DNA of 62,900 nucleotides, the filler included. It is 7 parts of 7 records of this genome, joined end to end, with 100 filler letters (N's around TTAATTAATTAA, not from the genome) between each part and the next. Parts side by side here need not be neighbours in the genome. Positions count along the whole stretch, not along the records: positions 43,306 to 57,217 come from SRR31147125_21270; positions 57,318 to 62,900 come from SRR31147125_21284; 5 more parts are not named here. One strand, given 5' to 3'. The notes under the pieces are model-generated. The model was given only the letters and a program-made list of their open reading frames with translations, was not told the DNA's origin and did no database searches. A program made the translations under genes and the position numbers. Shown piece after piece: positions 53,169 through 62,900 of the stretch. How positions within the stretch are numbered: the stretch's first letter is position 1; every line of letters starts with the position of its first letter.

Positions 53169-53519
53169 GTGGTTAATCTTAAAATATTAAAATCCGGTAA
53201 AATAGCCAAAATAACGCTTGATGGAGAATGTACGATTCAACAAGCAGCGGAATTTAAGAAAGCTCTTTTAACATCATTTCAAAGTAGTAATAAAACAATT
53301 GTAGATACTACATATCTTAGCGCTGTGGATATAACGTGTCTTCAGTTAATCCATTCCGCCCAGATCACAGCAGATCAGGAAAATAAAATATGTGTTATAG
53401 GGCCTAAACCTGCTGATGCTTTTTGCCAGGCAGTTACTAATTCCGGTTTTATTCTTTCTTTTGATTCTAATGTTGTTCCTTATAAAAATTGTTTTCGTTT
53501 AAAAGGAGTCGTTAAATGA
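53169..53519 (+). CDS. STAS-domain protein
   Basis: LDGECTIQQAAEFKKALL, VDITCLQLI. Confidence 0.85.
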   Translation: MVNLKILKSGKIAKITLDGECTIQQAAEFKKALLTSFQSSNKTIVDTTYLSAVDITCLQLIHSAQITADQENKICVIGPKPADAFCQAVTNSGFILSFDSNVVPYKNCFRLKGVVK

Positions 53520-53881
53520 GCAAAATTATTATGACAGTTGACGATTCAGCAAGCGTGCGTCAAATGGTGAGTTTTACACTGCAGAACGCCGGATATAAAG
53601 TCCTGGAGGCTGAAAACGGTAAGGCAGCCCTTTCCAATTTAAGCGGTACGCCAGTTCACATGCTAATCACAGATTTAAATATGCCAGTTATGGATGGAAT
53701 TGAACTTATCAAAAAAGTTAGAGCTGACAGCGCTAATAAATTTATCCCGATCATCATGTTGACAACAGAATCTCAGCAAACAAAAAAAGAAGAAGGTAAA
53801 GCGGCTGGAGCAACAGGCTGGATCGTAAAACCCTTCAAGCCGGAACAATTATTAGCTGTGGTAAAAAAGGTATTGGGATAA
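53516..53881 (+). CDS. cheY: Chemotaxis response regulator CheY
   Basis: VDDS, TDLNMP, LTTE, WIVKPF. Confidence 0.93.
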   Translation: MSKIIMTVDDSASVRQMVSFTLQNAGYKVLEAENGKAALSNLSGTPVHMLITDLNMPVMDGIELIKKVRADSANKFIPIIMLTTESQQTKKEEGKAAGATGWIVKPFKPEQLLAVVKKVLG

Positions 53882-53904
53882 AAAATATATTAAAGGATAT
53901 AGAA

Positions 53905-55997
53905 ATGATAATGCATCAACAAGCATTTATTGAAGAAGCTATTGAATTACTGGATGAACTTGAGAAATCATTACTGGAGGTGGAAAATTCTCCTGATAAA
54001 ACTGAATTAATCTCCCGTATCTTTCGCGCCATGCACACCATCAAGGGCTCCGGATCCATGTTTGGCTTTGATAAACTGGTTGAATTCATGCATGATCTGG
54101 AAACGATTTTCGATTTGGTTCGGGAAGGCCAGATTATCGTAACAAAAGAGCTTATTGATCTTGCTCTATCTTCTTGCGATGTCGTACGTAAAATGCTTGA
54201 TTCCTCTCAAAATAACAAAATCATTATTGATGAAGACAAGAAAACAAAAATCACCCTGTCTCTGCAAAAATTTTTACCCTCCACAAACGAGGAGAAAAAA
54301 ACCATGAATGTCCATTAAAATCCGAACAGCCTGCTAAAGATATAACCTATCTGATCCATTTTCGACCTTTTGCCAATATTTTTGTTAGAGGAACCAATCC
54401 CATTTTACTGTTAGATGAACTGAGGACGTTGGGGGACTGTAAAATAAACGTAGGTACAGACAAAATTCCGGTATTGGAAAAGCTGGATCCTGAAGTTTGC
54501 TATATTTATTGGGATATCATCCTGAAAACAAAACAAGATATAAACACGATTAAGGATGTATTTATTTTTGTGGAAGATGATTGCGAATTAAAAATTGAAA
54601 CAGTTAATGACGATCACATTCAATTGGATGAGAATGGAAAGGAGGACCTCCCTCCTATCGATCCCAAAGTTGAATTCGATTCTCAGAAAAAAGAACAGTT
54701 GCCAGTAAAAAGAGTGAGAAAAAATGAGAATCCGGTCAGTTTAGAGACTGATAAAACAGAGAATAAACCGGATAGCCCAATCAGTCGTACTGCACATGAG
54801 GATTCAAAGGAAAATCAATATAAACATACAGCCAGTATTCGTGTTCCTGCTGAGAAACTCGATTCTTTGGTGGATTTGGTCGGTGAAGTCGTTACCCTGC
54901 AGGCACGATTAAGTCAATATGCAAATTCCAGTAAAGATACAGAAATTCAATTAATATCAGAAGAGTTTGAACGCCATACAGAAGATCTGCGCGATAATAC
55001 CATGAGCCTGCGTATGCTGCCCATAGACACTCTTTTTAACAAATTCCAACGCCTTGTGCGTGATTTAGCCCAGGATTTGGGTAAGGAGATAAAATTAACA
55101 ACCAAAGGCGTTGAAACAGAGTTGGATAAAACAGTCATTGAACAGTTAAACAATCCTCTGGTGCATTTAATACGAAACAGTATTGATCACGGAATTGAGT
55201 CGCCGGATGTCAGAACATCCACCGGGAAACAAAAAGAAGGGCAATTATCTTTGAGCGCGAGTCAGTCTGGAGCAAACGTGCTGATTCAAATATCTGATGA
55301 CGGGGCCGGCCTGAATGCGGATAAGATAAGAGCAAGAGCCATCGAGAAAGGACTCCTCTCTGCTGACGCAGAGTTGCCGGAAAAGGATATTTTTGCCTTT
55401 ATATGTCATCCAGGCTTTTCAACCGCTCAAAAAGTAACTAATGTGTCTGGCCGGGGTGTGGGTATGGATGTCGTAAAAAAGACAATCGATTCTCTGGGCG
55501 GTTCTATAGAGATAAATAGCAAAAAGACAATTGGAACAACCATCACACTTAAAATTCCTCTGACACTTGCTATAATTGATGGTCTCCTGGTGAAAATTTC
55601 ACAAGACTATTTTGTACTGCCTTTATCTGTCGTTGAAGAATGTGTGGAGTTAAAACAGAGTGATGTAATAAAATCGAATGGCAAACATATCGCCAATGTG
55701 CGCGGCACCCTAATACCATATATCCCTTTACGGGAGCAATTTACACTTGATGGTCCATCTCCGGCAATCGAGCACATTGTCATTACGGAAGTGGATACTG
55801 ATAAAGTAGGTTTTGTCGTAGATCAGGTGATTGGAGAACATCAGACAGTTATTAAATCATTAGGAAAAGTTTACAAGAATGTGGAAGGGCTTTCAGGCGC
55901 AACCATTTTGGGGGATGGTTCTGTTGCTTTAATCCTTGACATTCCAAAACTGGTGCAACGTGTCGAATTAGAAGAAATAACTTGTTATTCGGCATAG
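53905..55997 (+). CDS. cheA: Chemotaxis kinase CheA (ORFs 53905-54318 and 54429-55997 joined by +1 A in the run at 54295-54301)
   Basis: Hpt FRAMHTIKG; restored P2 YLIHFRP...GTNPILLLDELRTLG; HLIRNSIDHG, SGRGVGMDVV, PLTLAII, GATILGDG. Confidence 0.95.
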
Positions 55998-56069
55998 ATC
56001 ATAAAGCCTCAAATATCGTAAAATTGTAAGAGCTATAGTTTGTAATAGAATGTAAAACAGGAAAATTCA

Positions 56070-56675
56070 ATGGCATTCACATACTTTTTTCGGGACTCAC
56101 ATACATTAGAACTGACTGTAAATAATGTTATCCCATACATCTCTGGACGCAGTAGAGTCCGTATTTGGGATGCTGGTTGCGCCATGGGCCAGGAAGCATA
56201 TACTTTAGCGATGATGTTTGCTGAAAATATTGGGAAATTTGCTTTTAAAAACCTCCATATAGTCGCTACGGACATTGATACGTGCGACCTTTTCGAAAAG
56301 ATTATTTCTCATGGTATTTATCCAGATCTTGAACTAAAACGAATCTCTAAAAATTTGTTTGAAAAATATTTTCAGGCAGCTGATAAACCTGGTTACCATA
56401 AATTAATCGATAGAATCAAAAATCGAGTTCATTACCAAAAACACGATTTGCTAACCTTTAACTCCATTGGGGATGGCTTTAGTTTAATTGTCTGTAAAAA
56501 TGTACTACTACATCTTCAATATGCCGATCGGATTAAGGTTATCAACATGTTTCACAAATCATTGGCGCCAGGTGGTTTTTTTGTAACAGAACAGACACAG
56601 AAACTACCACAAGAAACCGCTCATCTATTTGAGCAGGTGACAAACGAAGCACAATTATATCGAAAAATAGGATGA
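56070..56675 (+). CDS. cheR: Short CheR-type methyltransferase lacking the N-terminal helical domain
   Basis: FTYFFRD, WDAGCAMGQEAYTLA, ATDID, HDLL, CKNVLLH. Confidence 0.85.
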   Translation: MAFTYFFRDSHTLELTVNNVIPYISGRSRVRIWDAGCAMGQEAYTLAMMFAENIGKFAFKNLHIVATDIDTCDLFEKIISHGIYPDLELKRISKNLFEKYFQAADKPGYHKLIDRIKNRVHYQKHDLLTFNSIGDGFSLIVCKNVLLHLQYADRIKVINMFHKSLAPGGFFVTEQTQKLPQETAHLFEQVTNEAQLYRKIG

Positions 56676-57217
56676 AAGCCATGAATTTAAGATTTAAATC
56701 GTTGTTTCCCGACGAATGGCCACATATCCTTAATATATATAAAAGTTTTCTTTCTCCAGAAGTAGCTCAAAGCGTAAGTCAAGACCTATTACTCTCTTTA
56801 ATTGAAGTGGGAATAAAATTCGGAGAACGTCTCTTTCAATTGCAATCCAATGGCTTTGTTGAGATTGGTTGTGGATTAGCCCTCCCTTCTTTAACTTTAG
56901 CAAAACTTGGTCAAAATAAAGGATTGGCAATTGACCTTGACGCAAAAGTTCTCTTACACGCAAAAGAAATAAATGATCGATTGGGATGTAATCTGGAATT
57001 TCAATGCTCGGACATATTTAATCACAAACCTAAATTACAAAAAGGCGGGCTGTTAATTGCTGAAAAACCGACGAGCTATAAAAAAAATACTTTGGAAGTA
57101 GAATACAAGATAAAAAATTGGTGCACAATTGAGGAGCATAATTTTGCTATAATACCTTCCTATTTAGCTACAGATACCATGATCACGTATTCTGCACGTT
57201 GTGAAAAATATAAAAAA
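56672..57217 (+). CDS. Class I SAM-dependent methyltransferase (3'-truncated)
   Basis: VEIGCGLALPSL motif I, AIDLD, CSDIF; ATGA overlap with cheR. Confidence 0.75.
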
Positions 57218-57317
57218 NNNNNNNNNNNNNNNNNNNNNNNNNNNNNNNNNNNNNNNNNNNNTTAATTAATTAANNNNNNNNNNNNNNNNNNNNNNNNNNN
57301 NNNNNNNNNNNNNNNNN
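57218..57317. other. Artificial contig spacer
   Basis: N44-TTAATTAATTAA-N44. Confidence 0.99.
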
Positions 57318-57514
57318 AAAAAAATGTGAATTTGAAGGTGATTGGGCAACTAAAAATTTCACATTAAGCGAAATCAATAAAACAACAATTATATATTTGA
57401 ATTTTAAATGCACTAACGATATATTGTTAAACTTTAAAGTGTCTATTTTACGACAATTTTTTGGTAAACTTAACGTTTCTTTTAATGTTCTATTTTAGAA
57501 AGAGTATAAAAAAG

Positions 57515-60500
57515 ATGAATAACTTAACTATGAGTAACTTGGTTAGACAAACAATTATTGTTCTAACCTTTAACATATTATTATTTGATATACCCAATTT
57601 ATCAGCTCAAGAAATAAATGTAAATGCGCAGCTCAATTGGGGAGAAAATGTCATTCAAAACCAAAATTATGAAGCTGATGGCAAGTCAATTTCTGATAAT
57701 TCTTATTTCCTGCATTTTGATAATGCTGCATACCCCAATCCTGATTCTAAATTACCCCACTATTATTTCAAAAGTAAGATTAACAAAAACCAGAATATTG
57801 AATCTGTTATTTTAGAAAATATAAAATCCGAAGTTTTACCATGGAGTTCATTATCTAACATTAGAAACCTAAATAATATTGGCAGCGAGGTTCTGATAAA
57901 TCATAAAGTACTATTGGACAGAATGGAACCTTATGCGCATATAGAACTAGTACCAATAAGAAAAAATACAGAAACCGGTTATTTTGAAAAAATAACAAGC
58001 TTTACTTTAAAAGTAAATCTAACAACAGAAAATACTATAAGCAATAAATCCGCAAACACAGAAGACCTTAAAAATAGTTCTGTGCTGGCTTCTGGCGATT
58101 GGTATAAAATGAAGGTGAAAAATGATGGAATTTATAAAATAACATATCAGGCATTATCTGATCTTGGTATTACGAATTTTGACCAGGTAAGGATATTTGG
58201 TAATGGCGAAGGACAACTTTCATACGATAACAATATATCAAGAATTGATGATTTAGAAGAAATTCCCATTTACAAAAGTTTTGGTTCTGATGGAAAGTTA
58301 AATGCTGATGGTGATTATTTTTTATTTTTTGCAAATGGTCCACATAAGTGGGAATTTAATGAATCGGGAAGTGATTCTATGTGGATCCGTCAAATGCATC
58401 AGTACTCAAAAGATTATAATTATTTTATAAGTGTTGGTAATGGTAGTCCAAAAACAATAGAACCCGCAGAATCAATAACAAACGATGTAACACATTCAAT
58501 TAACGAATTTATTGGTTTTTCTTCGCATGAGGTTGACTTAGAAAATCTTTTCGGCTCTGGCAGGCTGTGGCTTGGCGAAAAATTTAAGTATTCAAACAAT
58601 GAGTACGATACAACATTTGTATTCAATAATATAATTACAACAAAGCCTGTAAAGATTAAGGCGCATTTAATTTCGCGATCTAACAATACTGCCTCATTTA
58701 CAATCTATCAAAACGATAATTCATTGGGCAGTACATCTATTGGTTCAGTAGATCTTAACAGTCATGAAAGTAATTATGCCCGTTCCAAAACATTTACATC
58801 AAGTTACACACCTATGGGTGAATCACAGAAAATCACCTTTAAATACAATAAAAATGGCGACTCTGAAGGCTGGTTAGATTATGTTACGCTGAATGCTTAT
58901 TGTGATTTAAAAACAACCGATGATTACCTGGATTTTAGAAATGTTTTTGGGATTTCAGATAATTCAACTCATCAATTTAACATTTCGAACGCTTCATCAA
59001 ACCTAACAGTTTGGGATGTTTCTGATTTCCATGATGTAACAAGCATAGAAACAAATAACAATGGCAGCACATTATCGTTTAGGGCAGATGGCAGCAGCAT
59101 AAAAAGATATATCGTATTCAATCCAAACAAAGATTATCCGACACCCGGTTTTGAATCTGATAAAATTGACAACCAAAATCTACATGGCACTGAGGCTGTT
59201 GATTATGTTATTGTTACGCTACCAGATTTCATTGACCAGGCAAATGAACTTGCCGAATTTCACAGAGAAAAAGCAATTACAGAGTTTTAGTAACCACACC
59301 AGAGAAAATCTATAATGAATTTTCTTCTGGCACAAGAGATATCTCAGCAATTAGAGATTTTATGAGGTTTTTATATAAAAAATATGGAACTGAAGATGAA
59401 CATTCATTAAAACATTTACTCCTTTTTGGAGATGGCACCTATGATAACCGCGCATTAGAAAGTAATTCTAATTTTATTTTAACCTACCAGTCTGCACATT
59501 CATTTGATCAATCACAAAGCTATGTAGGTGATGATTATTTTACTTTTCTTGATGATAACGAAGGCGATAGTGGAGGTTCTATGGATATTGGCATTGGTCG
59601 ATTCCCGGTTAGGACAAAAGACCAGGCAGATTTGATGATTAAAAAAATTAAGGAGTATAATTCAGTAACTACATTCAGGCCTTGGCGAAATAAAATTTGC
59701 TTTGTTGGCGATGATGAAGATTATAATTTACATATGCGACAAGCCAATGATTTAGCCACAAAAGTTAATGACTTATACCCTGATTTTGCCGTACAAAAAA
59801 TAATGCTCGATGCCTACAAACAGGTTACTTCAGCTGATGGTACCAGATATCCTGATGTAACAAAATCAATATATGATGCAATTGAATCTGGCGTATTAAT
59901 AATGAATTATGTGGGGCATGGTTCGGAATATGGCCTTGCTCATGAAAGAATTATTGAAAATCAAGATATACTTGGTTGGCAAAATGCCCCGTATTATCCA
60001 TTATTTATGACCGCAACATGTGAATTCAGCCGGTTTGACGACTTAGAAACCTCAGCAGGGGAGTATGTTTTATTAAATCCCAAAGGTGGAGCAATTGCAT
60101 TGCTTACGACCACCAGAATAGTTTATGCTAATAAGAATTTCGATTTAAGCAAAAAGTTCTACGATAATGTATTTAGTATAACAGAAAAAGGAGAACAAAT
60201 TAGATTTGGAGACATCCTACGATTATCAAAAAATGCCATTTCAGATAACAACAAACGAAATTTCACACTACTGGGCGATCCCGCATGCCATTTAAATTTC
60301 CCTCTGCATCAGGTTTACACTGATTCAATTAACGAAGTAAGTATTGAAAATTTCGCAGATACGGTTAGTGCATTTTCTGTGTTAACAGTTAAAGGATATG
60401 TAGGCGATTATGAGGGAAATATAATGAGTGATTTCAATGGAACCGTATACCCATCAGTATACGATAAAGAACAAAAAATTAACACCCTGAATAATGATGG

Positions 60501-61380
60501 TGATGGCGTTTTTGAATTTTATAACCGACCCGCTCCAATTTTCCAGGGAAAAGCATCTGTTACAAATGGAAGGTTTAATTTCTCATTTGTATTGCCCAAA
60601 GATATTGCATACAATGTGGGGACGGGAAAAATTATATATTATGCTGAAAACGATTCGTTAGATGCGCATGGCTATTACGACAGCATTTATATTGGAGGCA
60701 AAGTTGAAAACACAATTACTGATGATACTGGGCCAGAAATTAGTTTATTTTTAAACGACACAAATTTTGTTTCCGGAGGTATTTCAGGCGATTCACCAAA
60801 TTTATATGCTATTCTTAAAGACGACTTTGGCATCAATACATCGAGCATGGGTGTTGGACATGATATAACCATTGAAATAGATGGAGACAAGAATAATATA
60901 TTTGTTGCGAATGATTATTTTGAAACTTTTCAAGATGATTATACATCAGGAACAATAAATTACCCACTCACAGATTTATCTCCCGGAATCCATACGGCAG
61001 TTGTAAAAGCATGGGATATCAATAATAATTCAGCTACTGCTAGTATTACGTTTGAGGTTAAAGATCCCAATGAATTTGTAATCGAGAACGCATACAATTA
61101 CCCTAATCCGTTTAAAACGGGTACAAATTTCACGTTTGAACACAATAAAATAAACGAGGATCTTGATGTTACTATATCCATCTTTTCGTTAACCGGCGAA
61201 TTGATATATGAGATTAACGAAAAACTTTTCACAGACGGATATAAGATACCTCCTATTTACTGGAATGGTGGTTCTCAAGGCGGTCAACCAGTAGGTAAGG
61301 GAATGTACATTTATAAAATATTCGTTAAAACAGAAGATGGTACAATATCTGAAAAAATTAACCGTTTAATCATTCTATGA
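57515..61380 (+). CDS. porU: T9SS sortase/peptidase PorU (C25), split by a frameshift near 59270
   Basis: SVLASGDWYK, SGRLWLGE, restored IYNEFSSG, LLFGDG, NYVGHG and TATCEF catalytic residues, LLGDP, YPNPF C-terminal domain; adjacent to porV. Confidence 0.93.
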
Positions 61381-61450
61381 TAGCATTTTGCTAGTTAATA
61401 AATTAAGTTATCTTTGTTGCTCAATTTTAATACATAATATTTACTTAATA

Positions 61451-62665
61451 ATGAGGCTTTTAGGATTTATTTTAGGGTTTGTAATTATATCGCAAAATAT
61501 ATTTTCTCAAAACATCAGCTCCAATGAATTAGCAGGGCAGATGAACCCAATTATTTCTTCCGTTGCATTTTTAACAATTGCACCAGACTCAAGAAGTGCC
61601 GGTATGGGGGATGCAGGAGTTGCGACGTCTCCAGATATTCACTCACAACACTGGAATGCTTCAAAATATGCATTTATTGAATCCGGTTCAGGTATATCAT
61701 TGTCTTATGCACCTTGGTTAAGAGGTTTGGGCATAAATGACATTAACCTACTTTACTTAGCAGGTTACAAAAAATTAGACGACCAACAAGTAATTAGTGG
61801 TTCTATCAGATATTTCTCATTGGGTGAAATAATATTTACTGACTTACAAGGCGAGCCTCAGGGTAATTTTAATCCAAACGAATTTGCCGTTGATGCTGCT
61901 TATTCACTAAAATTATCTGAATATCTATCTGGTTCATTAGGATTTCGATTTATCCGTTCCGATTTAACAGGTGGTCGTTCATTTACAGGAAGCGCATCAG
62001 AAACAAAGGCCGGTATTGCTGGTGCTGCAGATTTAGGTTTCTATTACCAGAGAGATGCAAATATCTCTGACAAAAACGGTCAATACGCTTTTGGTTTGAA
62101 CATATCAAACCTGGGTACAAAAATCACATATTCTGACGATGTACCTTCTGATTTCTTACCTTCAATATTACGACTTGGTGGAAGGTTACGACTAGATATG
62201 GATGATTACAACTCATTTGCTTTTACTTTAGATTTAAATAAATACCTGGTTCCAACACCACCTGTGTATGCAGAGGATGAAGATGGAAATACTTTGGTTG
62301 ATGATGATGACAACTATATTATTGCATATGGTAAAGACCCGGATGTTCCATTGTTTACAGGTTTAGTACAATCTTTCTATGACGCACCAGGAGGAGGTAA
62401 AGAAGAATTAAATGAAATTTTTTATGCTGCAGGTGTTGAGTATTTGTACAGAGAACAATTTGCAATCCGTGCCGGATATTTCCATGAGCATGAAAACAAA
62501 GGAAATAGAAAATACTTTACAATGGGTGTTGGTCTGAAGCTTAATGTATTTGGTATTGATTTCTCTTACCTGGCTCCAACATCAGGTCAACAAAGCCCGC
62601 TTGCTAATACGGTAAGGTTTAGTCTTACATTCGACTTTGATAAGTACAACAGCAACGGAAATTAA
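61451..62665 (+). CDS. porV: T9SS outer-membrane protein PorV
   Basis: [56 protein letters not shown]. Confidence 0.95.
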   Translation: MRLLGFILGFVIISQNIFSQNISSNELAGQMNPIISSVAFLTIAPDSRSAGMGDAGVATSPDIHSQHWNASKYAFIESGSGISLSYAPWLRGLGINDINLLYLAGYKKLDDQQVISGSIRYFSLGEIIFTDLQGEPQGNFNPNEFAVDAAYSLKLSEYLSGSLGFRFIRSDLTGGRSFTGSASETKAGIAGAADLGFYYQRDANISDKNGQYAFGLNISNLGTKITYSDDVPSDFLPSILRLGGRLRLDMDDYNSFAFTLDLNKYLVPTPPVYAEDEDGNTLVDDDDNYIIAYGKDPDVPLFTGLVQSFYDAPGGGKEELNEIFYAAGVEYLYREQFAIRAGYFHEHENKGNRKYFTMGVGLKLNVFGIDFSYLAPTSGQQSPLANTVRFSLTFDFDKYNSNGN

Positions 62666-62667
62666 AG

Positions 62668-62900
62668 ATGAGCTTCCGAATCGGTTTTGGGTACGATGTT
62701 CATCAGCTTAAAGAGGGAATCCCTTTATTTATTGGTGGAATAAACGTTCCACATGAAAAAGGCAGTTTAGGTCATTCAGATGCAGATGTATTAATTCATG
62801 CAATTTGTGACGCCATGCTGGGGGCTATCAATCAGAGAGATATTGGTTATCATTTCCCTGACACAAATCAGGAATACAAAGGAATTGACAGTAAAATTTT
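62668..62900 (+). CDS. ispF: 2-C-methyl-D-erythritol 2,4-cyclodiphosphate synthase (runs off the window)
   Basis: [37 protein letters not shown]; usual porU-porV-ispF order. Confidence 0.95.
   Translation, partial: MSFRIGFGYDVHQLKEGIPLFIGGINVPHEKGSLGHSDADVLIHAICDAMLGAINQRDIGYHFPDTNQEYKGIDSKI

Noticed and set aside
53905-55997. Split CheA (separate Hpt), and similarly split PorU, kinase and NtrC, as real biology or programmed frameshifts
   Set aside because: Each is repaired by a one-base change in a homopolymer, and the pattern recurs in unrelated contigs, which indicates sequencing error
1-62900. CRISPR arrays, tRNA or rRNA genes, known riboswitches
   Set aside because: No regularly spaced repeats or recognisable RNA motifs seen by eye; a covariance-model scan would be needed to exclude them fully

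Overview
This window is not one chromosome. It is seven unrelated contigs joined by identical 100-nt spacers (N44-TTAATTAATTAA-N44), and single-base homopolymer frameshifts split about ten genes, most likely long-read errors. (1) 1-9567: AT-rich, Firmicutes-like Wzy-type surface polysaccharide locus. (2) 9668-20828: glycan-degradation cluster (uncharacterised hydrolases, BNR/sialidase, GH92-PA14). It includes a membrane-anchored wHTH regulator whose divergent upstream region, with two palindromes and a hidden ~20-codon hydrophobic ORF, is duplicated 3.35 kb away. (3) 20929-30734: IS and integrase debris, a TonB receptor, three PQQ-like beta-propellers, a nitroreductase and a Cys-rich membrane protein, punctuated by integron attC-like sites (CALIN-like). 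(4) 30835-37005: Bacteroidetes flippase/GT4 converging on a membrane-anchored GH5-like/Ig-like/FxLYD operon. (5) 37106-43205: TonB receptor, and ilvY with its operator driving leuCD/hacAB-type genes instead of ilvC. (6) 43306-57217: spmAB, a PAS kinase plus NtrC-type activator, two sigma54 promoters and an atypical chemotaxis operon. (7) 57318-62900: porU-porV-ispF. The best candidates for new biology are the regulator/operator/small-peptide module in contig 2, the attC array in contig 3, the rewired IlvY and the non-canonical chemotaxis proteins. All assignments come from reading motifs by eye; no searches were run.
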